Shown: positions 28,972-37,557 of the stretch, piece by piece
How the letters are laid out: each line of letters opens with the position of its first letter
How positions within the stretch are numbered: position 1 is the first letter of the stretch
From: an uncultured bacterium
GTDB lineage: Bacteria > Krumholzibacteriota > Krumholzibacteriia > JACNKJ01
Length of the DNA stretch: 64,000 bases
Direction: 5' to 3'
Assembly (NCBI GenBank): GCA_963695095.1
Contig: CAVOFT010000001.1
Location: 1,536,001 to 1,600,000, forward strand
Made by a program: the position numbers and the translations under genes
The notes under the pieces: generated by a model
Seen by the model: the letters and a program-made list of their open reading frames with translations, nothing else
Told to the model about the DNA's origin: nothing
Database searches by the model: none

Positions 28972-29184
28972 TTACGCTGGCACATCCACATAGGTCGAGT
29001 AGCTGCGCGGCGCGGGAACACGGCAGCCCTCCTCGCGCAGCCCCTCGAGATGAAACTCGATCGCCTCGCGCATCGCCTTCTCCACACCGCGACGGGTGGC
29101 ACCGGCGGCGACGCAGCCGGGGCGATCCGGCGAGTAGGCCGAGAACCCGCGCTCTGCCTTTTCGATGACGATCAGGAATCGCAT
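28972..29184 (-). CDS. hicB: HicB-family antitoxin (short form)
   Basis: FSAYSPDRPGCVAAGAT...EAIEFHLEGLREEG..VP.P. Confidence 0.9.
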   Translation of the reverse strand: MRFLIVIEKAERGFSAYSPDRPGCVAAGATRRGVEKAMREAIEFHLEGLREEGCRVPAPRSYSTYVDVPA

Positions 29185-29366
29185 CGTTTCAATCCCGCCT
29201 GCTTGAAGATGCTGCTCAGCGTCCCCGGCGCCAGGTCAGCGCCCGGCTTTCCCGCCACCGTGACCAGCCCTGGCTTGCGCGGGTGCCGGTACTGGCGATG
29301 GCTGCCGCGCTGGCGAAGAGCGCCAGCCATCCCGCTCAGGATCCTGATGACCTCGCGCACCTGCAT
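29172..29366 (-). CDS. hicA: HicA-family mRNA interferase toxin (two compensating indels likely near 29320-29335)
   Basis: QRGSHRQYRHP..PGLVTV.G....LAPGTL.SI.KQAGL; the usual ERDGWR segment sits in a neighbouring frame. Confidence 0.88.
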   Translation of the reverse strand: MQVREVIRILSGMAGALRQRGSHRQYRHPRKPGLVTVAGKPGADLAPGTLSSIFKQAGLKRCDS

Positions 29367-29437
29367 TGCGTCGCGCGGGCAAGCGACGCATGGGAGGTGC
29401 TACCTGAAATCGTAGGGCAGGGGAAACCGCCAGGCAA
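29367..29437 (-). promoter_or_regulatory. hicAB promoter and candidate operator
   Basis: Minus strand TTGCCT-N17-TACGAT (29437-29409); inverted repeat TGCGTCGC-N8-GCGACGCA (29367-29390) between promoter and ATG. Confidence 0.55.
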
Positions 29438-29551
29438 GGTACTGCGAACCCCATGCCCAGCCTGCCGCGTCATCGCTCCACGGGTCTCAACGGCCTTCGC
29501 AAAGGCATCCCGGGGATTGCGCAGCTCGGCGGTACGCTCCGCTCTGAGGGG

Positions 29552-29593
29552 GGCCTGGCGCGCGGCGCCGACCGGTATTGAGTTGCCTATCCG
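29552..29593 (+). repeat. oriIS-like end, copy 2
   Basis: GGCCTGGCGCGCGGCGCCGACCGGTATTGAGTTGCCTATCCG; same orientation as copy 1. Confidence 0.72.
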
Positions 29594-29796
29594 CACGAGC
29601 CGGCTCGCCTCGAGGCGGCGCAGCGCCGCGGACCCAGTGTACACGTGTACAATCCGCGCTTCCGGCCCGGCCCAAATCGAAGCGGCCGGGGGTCGTCCCG
29701 CAGCCGCCCGCGTTCCCAACCCTCCCCAGCTTTCCTGCCAGGCGGTCGCGACTGTGCTACAATTACCAGGAACCGTCGGGCAGGGGGAAGATCGCG

Positions 29797-31766
29797 ATGA
29801 AGCTCCGGCCGGCCATGCTCACGCTGCTGCTCTTCGCGTCCGCGGCCACCAGCGAGGCCCAGAACTGGCAGGCGGACGATGGGCTCTTCAACCCCAGCGG
29901 CATCCCCTCGCTGGCCTTCTCGCAGCCGCGCCTGGCGGATCTCGACGGCGATGGCGACTTCGATCTGATCCTCGGCAGCATCGACGACGCGCCGCTGTAC
30001 TTCGAGAACATCGGCACGGCCGCCAGCCCGGCCTTCGCGCCCGGCGGCGACATCCTCGCGCCCATCGATCCGCTGGACGCCGAGATGGCCGTCGCCGGCG
30101 ATCTCGACGGCGACGTCGACCTCGACCTCGTCACCGGCGGCTACCTGGGTCTGCAGCTCTTCGCCAACGTCGGCGATGTCGCACGCCCCGGCCTTCGCGC
30201 GCGTCGACGGCTTCTTCGCCGGCCTGCAAGCGGGCTCGATCCCCGTGCCGACCCTCGCCGATCTCGACGACGACGGCGATCTGGATCTACTGGTCGGGCT
30301 CAGCGAAAGCGGTCAGCTCAAGTACTATCCCAACCTGGGTTCGCCGACCGCCGCCGTCTTCACCGAGGCATCGGCCGCGACCTGGTTCGACGTGGGTCTG
30401 TACGCGTATCCGTGCTTCGCCGATCTCGACGGGGATCTCGATGTCGACCTGCTCTCCGGACGCGACGAGCACGGGTTCGTCTACTACCGGAACATCGGCG
30501 ACCCGGCGGCGTGGTCCTGGCAGAACGACGACGCGGTCTTCGCGGGCCTCGGCGGGGTGACGTACTGGAACTCGCCCTGCCTGGCCGACCTCACCGGCGA
30601 CGGCCGCCTCGATCTCGTGTACGGCACCGACGCCGGGCCCCTGCAGTACTACGTCAACACCGGCAGCCTTGCAGTGCCCGTCTGGACAGCCAACACGAGC
30701 CTGTTCGGCGGCGTGCTCGACGTCGGCGGGGCCAGCTCGCCGTTCTTCTACGACTTCGACGGCGACGGCGACCTGGACCTGGTCAGCGGCAGCCAGCTCG
30801 GCGACATCAAGTACTACGAGAACATCGGCACCGTCGCAGCGCCGGCCTGGCGTCGCCGACCACGCGTACTTTGCGAGCATCGATCACTCGATCTACTCGG
30901 CCATCACGCTCGGCGACGTCAACGACGACGGCCTCGCCGACGCCGTCGTCGGCGACCTGAACGGCCAGCTGTTCTTCCACCCCAACACCGGCAGCGGCTT
31001 CGGCTACGACGGCAGCGTCTTCGCGGGCGTCGACCTCGGCGACTGGTCGGTGCCGCGCTTCGTGGACATGGATGGCGACCTCGACCTCGACCTCGTGGCC
31101 GGCAACGAGGCGGGTCAGCTCAGCTACCTGGAGAACCAGGGGACCCTCGCCGCGCCGGTGTGGGTTGTCGTCCCCGGCTACTTCGGCGGCCTGGACGTGG
31201 GCAGCAACTGCTCGCCGACCCTCGGCGATTACGATCACGACGGCGACCAGGACCTGATCACGGGCAACCTCTCGCACGCGGTGCGCTACTTCGCGCACGA
31301 GGGCGCGAACTGGGTGGAGGACGCCAGCGTCGTCGCCGGGATCACCGCCGGCCAGAATGCCGCGCCGGCGCTCGCGGACCTCGACGGCGACGGCGACCTC
31401 GACCTGACGATCGGCAACTACGCCGGCACCTTCAACTACTACCGCAACCTGGGCCCGCCTACGGCCGTGCCGGATGCGGACGTGGTGGCGGCCAAGCTCG
31501 CGCTCGCCGCGTATCCCAACCCGTTCAATCCCTCCACGACGCTGCGCTTCCGACTGAGCACACCCACGACCGTCCTCCTCGCGATCTACGATCTGGCCGG
31601 CCGGCAAGTCCGCACCCTGGCGGTGGGCAAGCTGCCGGAGGGCGACCATGCGGTGAGGTGGGACGGCCGCGACGAGAACGGCGCGCTGCTGAGCTCGGGC
31701 GTCTACTTCGGGCGTCTTCGCGCCGGCAAGGACATGCGCACGGCGAAGCTCGTGTTCGTCAAGTAA
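29797..31766 (+). CDS. Secreted FG-GAP/VCBS repeat protein with FlgD-Ig (T9SS-like) C-terminal domain; apparent frameshifts near 30180 and 30850
   Basis: Signal peptide; about ten D-x-D-G-D-G-D-x-D-L repeats across three frames; YPNPFNPSTT...IYDLAGRQVRTL...WDGRD...SGVYF tail; extended -10 TGCTACAAT at 29755. Confidence 0.85.
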
Positions 31767-31838
31767 TCTCCTGCGCGCAGGCCGGGCTGTGTTGCAGGGC
31801 GAGCACCATGACCTCGGACAGGTCGCTATCTGCTTTCT

Positions 31839-31970
31839 GCTCAGGTCCGCCGCCGCGTGCTTGCCTGGCCGGTCCGGCACCACCACCTGGAGCCCGAGGC
31901 CGTGGCCGCCATGCTGGCCCGGCGGCAGCCCGACGGGGGGTTCCCCTTGCTGGATGCGGCATTGCGTTTG
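31839..31970 (+). pseudogene. Decayed internal fragment of a second IS91-family transposase
   Basis: Translates AQVRRRVLAWPVRHHHLEPEAVAAMLARRQPDGGFPLLDAALRL, matching 27889-28015 (AQVRRRVLRWLARHGYLEPEAV/ATMLAWRHSGGFSVDASVRL), about 29/44 identical by hand. Confidence 0.85.
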
Positions 31971-32102
31971 TACTTAACATTCGGGTCCGAAAGGTGGTAA
32001 TATAGCTCGACCTAATTAGGTGCGCCCAGTGCGTGGTTCGTCTCCAGGACCACCCACGCGAGGGGCAGCTACTGGCATCATGATCAATATGGGAGGTTGA
32101 GT

Positions 32103-32582
32103 ATGCGCATCGTTCTCGCGACTCTGCTGATTCTGATGACGGCCAGCGTCGCCATGGCCGACAAGGACCTCTATCGCTACTGCGAGCCCTGCGTGGGCGT
32201 CCAGGGGACGCTCTCCCCTACCGCTAGTTGGCAGGTCCAGTCCGGTTACTACGCCGGCGACGACAACATGGCCTTCTACTTCTGCGCCGTGGGCGGCGAG
32301 ACCTACACCTTCACGTTCTGCCAGGGCGGTGGGTCCGCGAGCTACGACACGGCCCTGTCCATCCAGGGCCCTGATGGCTGCGGCAGCTACCTCGCCTGCA
32401 ACGATGACTTCTGCAGCCTGCAGTCCGAGATCATCTGGGTCGCTCCGGCCGACGGCACCTACATCGTCGCCGTGGACGGCTACAGCACCTCTACGGGCAA
32501 CTTCGATCTGGCCTACATGGGCACGCCCTGCACGACCCCGACCAAGGAAGAGTCCTGGTCGGTGATCAAGAGCGCGTACTAG
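32103..32582 (+). CDS. Small secreted Cys-rich protein, PPC (pre-peptidase C-terminal)-like domain, with short C-terminal motif
   Basis: GGGAGG RBS; signal peptide; YDTALSI...ACNDD.C.LQS.I....GTY.V.VDGY; ends TPTKEESWSVIKSAY. Confidence 0.8.
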   Translation: MRIVLATLLILMTASVAMADKDLYRYCEPCVGVQGTLSPTASWQVQSGYYAGDDNMAFYFCAVGGETYTFTFCQGGGSASYDTALSIQGPDGCGSYLACNDDFCSLQSEIIWVAPADGTYIVAVDGYSTSTGNFDLAYMGTPCTTPTKEESWSVIKSAY

Positions 32583-32623
32583 TCGATCCAGACTCGAAGC
32601 TCGTAGAGTCTTCGGATGTGATG

Positions 32624-32657
32624 CGGAGGACGGGGTTTCCCGTCCTCCGTTCTCTTT
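32624..32657 (+). terminator. Intrinsic terminator
   Basis: 11-bp stem CGGAGGACGGG/CCCGTCCTCCG followed by TTCTCTTT. Confidence 0.8.
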
Positions 32658-32668
32658 GCATCCGGGGT

Positions 32669-33622
32669 TCAGGGCGTCGCGCCCGGAGCATCCTGCGCAC
32701 GGCGGTCGGCCACCATGCGGTCGAGGACCCGGAGATTGTTCGCGGCGTTGGGATTCCCGGGCCAGATCTTCAAGGACTCCCGGAAGTGTCCGGCGGCGTC
32801 CGCGAAGCGCTCCAGCTGGATGAGCGCCCAGCCCAGATGATTGTGGACGACGGCCACGCGGCGGTCGGTCGCCTGCGCGCGGCGCAGGATCTGCAGATCG
32901 AAGCGCTCCGCAGCCGCCGGCCCCCAGCCCTTGGCCAGCAGCGCATCGATCGCGTCCAGGCTCCCGCCTTCCTCCTGCAGTTGATCCCTGCGGCGCAGGA
33001 GCATCTCCCGATAGCTCCGCGAGGGAGCCAGCTCGGCGGCGAGGGCGGTCTCCAGCGCGGCCGCGGCTTCCCCGAAGCGCCCCTCCGCGATCAGCAGCTG
33101 GCCCAGTCCCAGATGGTAGGGGCCCGGGTTGCCCGTCTCGCAGGCGGCGGCCTGGCGCATGAGCGCGATGGCGCCCGCGCGGTCGCCCCGCTTCTCGGCG
33201 AGATCGGCGAGATGCTCGTAGGCGGGAGCGCGCGTGCGGTCGCTCCGCGCCGCGTCCAGGGCTTCGTTCAGGTAGGCCTGTCCCTGCAGGTCATTGCCCA
33301 GCTGGATCCAGGCGATGCCCAGGTTGAGCAGCGCTCCCGGCTCTCTGGGCATGATTTCCAGGGCCTTCTCGTACTGGGGGACGGCCAGGCGGAACCGCTC
33401 CTGGCGCATGGCGTCGTCGCCGTAGTGCTTGTAGTCCTGGAACTCCACCTTCGCGCCGCGGCTGGAGAGCGCCTTCAGCCAGGGAGGATTGATCACCGAG
33501 ATGATCGCGAAGAGCATCAGGAGGATCCAGACGCCCATCAGGACAAGGGTCACGACGCCGCGCAGGCGAGTCGGCCCGGCAGCGGGCGGCGGCAAGGCGC
33601 CCCCTCCGCCCTCACTCGCCAT
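32669..33622 (-). CDS. Membrane-anchored tetratricopeptide-repeat protein (start approximate)
   Basis: One TM helix then TPR motifs (YEKALEIMP, ALLNLG, HNHLG...AANNL). Confidence 0.8.
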   Translation of the reverse strand: MASEGGGGALPPPAAGPTRLRGVVTLVLMGVWILLMLFAIISVINPPWLKALSSRGAKVEFQDYKHYGDDAMRQERFRLAVPQYEKALEIMPREPGALLNLGIAWIQLGNDLQGQAYLNEALDAARSDRTRAPAYEHLADLAEKRGDRAGAIALMRQAAACETGNPGPYHLGLGQLLIAEGRFGEAAAALETALAAELAPSRSYREMLLRRRDQLQEEGGSLDAIDALLAKGWGPAAAERFDLQILRRAQATDRRVAVVHNHLGWALIQLERFADAAGHFRESLKIWPGNPNAANNLRVLDRMVADRRAQDAPGATP

Positions 33623-34868
33623 TGTGATAGACCAAAAGGACATGCTTGTCCTCCGCGATCATTCGGTTGTACGTGGGGACAGCCTGCGCATTGGGAAGGC
33701 GGATGATCTGCGTGCCCTCCCCCGTGCGCGGATTGTAGTCGAACTGGCTGATCCCCATTTCGGGGAAGCCCCGGCCGCCGCTGCCCGCGCCACCCGTGGC
33801 CACCAGGATGATGTCGCGACCCTGGCTCATCAGACGCTGGCGGTCCCGCGCCGCGAAGTACTCCTTCTTGTCGACCAACCGGAAGCTCCCGTTCGGGTGG
33901 ACCATCAGGTCGAAATGGACGACGGGCAGACCGCGGTAGAGGACGAGCCCCGGCCGGACCTCGCGCAGCGGCTCCCCGCGGAAGCGCAGAGCCAGGAAAG
34001 CCAAGGCCAGCAGCGCGGCCAGGCCGAGCGCGATCATCCCCCGGCGCCAGGCCTGGAACTGGCTGAGATGCACGATCAGGAAGAGCGGCACGAAGGCGCC
34101 GACGGTCCAGAGGATCACTTCACCGGCGTAGCGCACGTCGCTCTGGAGCGAGCCGAAGATCAGCATGAGCAGGGTGAACAGGACGATGAGCGGAAGCAGG
34201 GCAGCGGGCTCGCGGAGGTAATCGCCCGGACGCCGCTGGCGGATCGAGGGGCGCCGGGCCAGCAGGCTCCCGGGACCGCGCTCGCCGAGATTCAGCACGG
34301 TCATCCCGATGGCCGCGCCCCAGCCGTCCTTGGCGATGTCGCCCATGTCGAAGATGCGGCTGCTGATGAATTTCTGGAAAGCCTCGTCGAAGGTGGAGAA
34401 CAGGATGGCGGCGATGAAGGTGCTCAGGATGATCCGCGCGCGGCTCATGCCGCGCGCCGCGAAGTCGCGCCGCGCCATGTAGGCGAAGAGACCGTAGGCG
34501 AGGTAGTGCCAGTTCTGCTGCAGATCGTACCACTCGTGCATCAGGTAGTAGTCGGCGATGCGATGGGCCATGAGGATCATCAGCAGGGCGAGCGCGGCCA
34601 CGCTCAGGCCGCGGCGCGACAGGCGCCGCCTCAGGACCAGAAGCGCGGCGGCGAGCAGGACCAGGGCGAGCACCGGGACCAGGGGAATCTCCCGGCCGCC
34701 CAGCGCGAGCGGGTAGCGCGTGATCTCGCCGACGGCCTCCTGCAGGAAGCGCCGCAGGAGCACGAAAGGCGTGGCGACGAGCAGCAGGCTGTACATGACC
34801 AGCTGCAGGCCGGTCGAGTGGATGCTCCAGCGGCGGCCTCGTCCCGGCGATCGCTTGGTGGATCCCAT
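33612..34868 (-). CDS. VanZ-like membrane protein fused to a C-terminal Mth938/DUF498-like domain
   Basis: HYLAYGLF...[19 protein letters not shown] (VanZ pattern); IILVATG...[20 protein letters not shown] (Mth938-like pattern). Confidence 0.7.
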   Translation of the reverse strand: MGSTKRSPGRGRRWSIHSTGLQLVMYSLLLVATPFVLLRRFLQEAVGEITRYPLALGGREIPLVPVLALVLLAAALLVLRRRLSRRGLSVAALALLMILMAHRIADYYLMHEWYDLQQNWHYLAYGLFAYMARRDFAARGMSRARIILSTFIAAILFSTFDEAFQKFISSRIFDMGDIAKDGWGAAIGMTVLNLGERGPGSLLARRPSIRQRRPGDYLREPAALLPLIVLFTLLMLIFGSLQSDVRYAGEVILWTVGAFVPLFLIVHLSQFQAWRRGMIALGLAALLALAFLALRFRGEPLREVRPGLVLYRGLPVVHFDLMVHPNGSFRLVDKKEYFAARDRQRLMSQGRDIILVATGGAGSGGRGFPEMGISQFDYNPRTGEGTQIIRLPNAQAVPTYNRMIAEDKHVLLVYHNGE

Positions 34869-35037
34869 GGTTCCTCCATCCCTGGGACGGCCCCGGAAGC
34901 CCGATCAGACTAGCGGCCCCATGGGATTCTGGCAAGCCAAGGGAAGGGCATTCCCGCACCCACAATGCCATTCCCTTCCGCGGCCCCGATTTGGTATCGT
35001 CCCGCCGGGGCATGCCCCTTTGCCGGAGGGTAGGAGC

Positions 35038-35448
35038 ATGGACGAGCGCATCCGCGTGCTGGTGGCCAAGCCGGGCCTGGACGGGCACGACCGCGGCGCG
35101 CGCGTGATCGCCGCCGCCCTGGTCGAGGCCGGCATGGAGGTGATCTACACGGGCCTGCACCAGACGCCCGAGATGATCGCCGAGGCGGCCATCCAGGAGG
35201 ACGTGGACGTGGTGGGCCTGAGCATCCTCTCGGGCGCGCACATGAGCCTGATCCCCCGCGTGCGCGAGCGGCTGGTCGCGGCCGGGGCGGGGGACATCCT
35301 GATCACGGGCGGCGGCATCATTCCACCCGCTGACGCAGCGGCGCTCGCCGCGCAGGGCGTGGGCCAGCTCTTCGGCCCGGGGACGGACACGAGCGAGGTG
35401 GTGGACTACATTCGCGCGGAGGTCACCCGGCGGCGCGCCGGGGCCTGA
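35038..35448 (+). CDS. Methylmalonyl-CoA mutase cobalamin-binding (small) subunit
   Basis: [11 protein letters not shown] (DxHxxG), [20 protein letters not shown]. Confidence 0.93.
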   Translation: MDERIRVLVAKPGLDGHDRGARVIAAALVEAGMEVIYTGLHQTPEMIAEAAIQEDVDVVGLSILSGAHMSLIPRVRERLVAAGAGDILITGGGIIPPADAAALAAQGVGQLFGPGTDTSEVVDYIRAEVTRRRAGA

Positions 35449-35467
35449 TCCGCGCGCGGGAGGCGGG

Positions 35468-35493
35468 GGAAACCCCGGCAACAGAGCCTCGTA
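35468..35493 (+). promoter_or_regulatory. Possible ECF-sigma promoter upstream of hbd
   Basis: GGAAAC-N16-CGTA. Confidence 0.45.
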
Positions 35494-35515
35494 GGGGGGG
35501 CTTTCCGGAGGCGAG

Positions 35516-36367
35516 ATGAACGAGAACAGCGTGCTGGTGGTGGGCGCGGGCACCATGGGCAATGGCATCGCCCAGGTCTTCGCGGCTTCCGGCTTCGAGG
35601 TCACCCTGGTCGATGTGAGCGAGGAGCTGCTGAAGCGCGGCCTCGCCAATGTCGACAAGAGCCTGGATCGCCTGGTCAAGAAAGAGGCGATCAGCGCCGG
35701 CGACAAGAAGGCCATCCTGGGCCGCATCGCCACGGCCACCGCGGTGCCTGCCAAGTCGGAGGCCTTTCTCGCCATCGAGGCGGCCACCGAGCAGCTCGAG
35801 ATCAAGCACAGGATCTTCGCCGGCCTGGCCAAGGCCCACGGCGAAGGCGCCATCCTGGCCACGAACACCTCCAGCATCTCGATCTGCACGCTGGCGGGGC
35901 CGCTGCCGCATCGCGAGCGCGTCGTCGGCATGCACTTCATGAACCCGGTGCCGATGATGAAGCTGGTGGAGATCATCCGCGGCCTGGACACCAGCGACGC
36001 GGTGATGGCGCGCACGGTGTCCCTGGCCGAGAAGCTGGGCAAGACGCCGGTGGTGGTGAACGACTACCCGGGCTTCGTCGCCAATCGCATCCTGATGCCG
36101 ATGATCAACGAGGCCGTCTACACCTTGCAGGAAGGCGTGGCCGAGCGCGACGCCATCGACACGATCATGAAGCTGGGCATGGCCCATCCCATGGGCCCGC
36201 TGCAGCTCGCCGACCTCATCGGCCTGGACGTCTGCCTCTCCATCATGGAGGTGCTGCACCGGGACCTGGGCGACAGCAAGTACCGCCCCTGCCCGCTGCT
36301 GCGCAAGATGGTCGACGCCGGGCGGCTGGGCCGCAAGAGCGGTCGCGGCTTCTACGACTACGCCTGA
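35516..36367 (+). CDS. hbd: 3-hydroxybutyryl-CoA dehydrogenase
   Basis: [45 protein letters not shown]. Confidence 0.93.
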   Translation: MNENSVLVVGAGTMGNGIAQVFAASGFEVTLVDVSEELLKRGLANVDKSLDRLVKKEAISAGDKKAILGRIATATAVPAKSEAFLAIEAATEQLEIKHRIFAGLAKAHGEGAILATNTSSISICTLAGPLPHRERVVGMHFMNPVPMMKLVEIIRGLDTSDAVMARTVSLAEKLGKTPVVVNDYPGFVANRILMPMINEAVYTLQEGVAERDAIDTIMKLGMAHPMGPLQLADLIGLDVCLSIMEVLHRDLGDSKYRPCPLLRKMVDAGRLGRKSGRGFYDYA

Positions 36368-36385
36368 GCGAAGGGAGAGCGCCTC

Positions 36386-36928
36386 ATGCGCGCACGCCGC
36401 CTGATTCCGCTGCTGCTGCTTCTCACCCTGCCCGCGGCGGCCCTCGCCGAGGGCTACGCGCCCAACCCCGTCTCCCGCGAGCGCGCGCTGCTCAGGAGCG
36501 CGCTGCTGCCTGGGCTCGGCCAGATCGAGCAGGGCCGCACGGGGCGCGGCGCTCTCTGGGCGGGCGGCGCGACCGCGCTGGTCGCCGGCACCTTCTTCGC
36601 GCACATGGAATACCACAGCGCGGCCAAGGACCTGGGCAACGCCGAGGAGAGCTACCGGCGCGCCCTGGCTGAAGACGACGGCGACGCGGCCTATGCCTCA
36701 TTCGTCGACATCGAGCGCCTGGCGCCCATCGCCGACGATCGCTACACGCTCAGGCGCAATATCGAAATCGGCCTCGCCGTCTGGTGGGCCGGCAGCCTGG
36801 TGGACACCTGGCTCTTCGCCGGGCCCAAGACCTCGGCGGCCGCGGGCGACGGGGCCGCCTTGCCCGGCCACCTGACGCCGGTGCTCGCCCACGGCGCGGC
36901 GGGCCTGGCCTGGACCATCGCTTTCTAG
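36386..36928 (+). CDS. Exported DUF5683-like envelope protein
   Basis: Signal peptide; ALLRSALLPGLGQ motif; terminal aromatic residue (WTIAF). Confidence 0.6.
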   Translation: MRARRLIPLLLLLTLPAAALAEGYAPNPVSRERALLRSALLPGLGQIEQGRTGRGALWAGGATALVAGTFFAHMEYHSAAKDLGNAEESYRRALAEDDGDAAYASFVDIERLAPIADDRYTLRRNIEIGLAVWWAGSLVDTWLFAGPKTSAAAGDGAALPGHLTPVLAHGAAGLAWTIAF

Positions 36929-36943
36929 CACGGGGGAGATCTC

Positions 36944-37378
36944 ATGTCGCCACGGATGCTCTTGCTTGCGCTGGCCTTCACGGCCTCGCTCCTCGCCCTC
37001 GGCTCCTGCAGCAAGGAGCACGAGGAACTGCTGGCCGACTTCCCGCTGCCGGTCATCACCAGCGCCCAGCGCGTGGGCACGGAGAGCGTCCAGCTGGAAT
37101 GGAGGGTGGCCGACGCGGCCGGCGTGGACGAGTACCGACTCTACGTCGGCCTCTACGCCAATCTCGGCTTCACCGAGCTGGACGTGGATTCGCTCTACAC
37201 CGCGACGGCGGCGACGAGCTATCTCTACGAGGATCCCGGCCTCGCCTACATCGACGAGGATCTCTGCGCGGAGATCGGCCTCTGCGACACGCTCTACACC
37301 TACGCCTACTTCCGCGTCAGCGCCGTGCGCGCGGGTGCGGAGGGCCTGCGCGGCCCGCGCGCCTTCGTGGCTCCCTAG
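36944..37378 (+). CDS. Hypothetical lipoprotein, FN3-like fold
   Basis: Lipobox LGSC; VQLEW...YRLY...YFRVSAV pattern. Confidence 0.65.
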   Translation: MSPRMLLLALAFTASLLALGSCSKEHEELLADFPLPVITSAQRVGTESVQLEWRVADAAGVDEYRLYVGLYANLGFTELDVDSLYTATAATSYLYEDPGLAYIDEDLCAEIGLCDTLYTYAYFRVSAVRAGAEGLRGPRAFVAP

Positions 37379-37557
37379 CTTCGCCCTGGAACGCATCTTG
37401 ATCTATGGCCTCCCGTCGCCGATGCGGCGGGAGTTCCGTTTGCAAGTGCGCTTGGCGCCGCCCTTTGGCGGCGCGGCGCGCCGCCGCTCGGCGGGCGCCC
37501 GGCGAGAAAACAGCCGACTGGATGCTTCCCGTCCGGCGCCTGCCTGGGAGAAGAGCC

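Noticed and set aside
28936..28977. hicB stop context GCGTAAC resembling an integron attC R'' box
   Set aside because: No complementary arm or properly placed GTTRRRY, and no integron integrase in the window.
31951..31965. Sigma54-like TGGATGCGGCATTGC
   Set aside because: Lies inside the transposase remnant (codons L-D-A-A-L) and is explained by coding ancestry.
34935..35030. Possible cobalamin riboswitch before the B12-binding subunit
   Set aside because: A hairpin and GGGAA words are present, but I see no B12 box or conserved core and the region is short; an Rfam scan would settle it.
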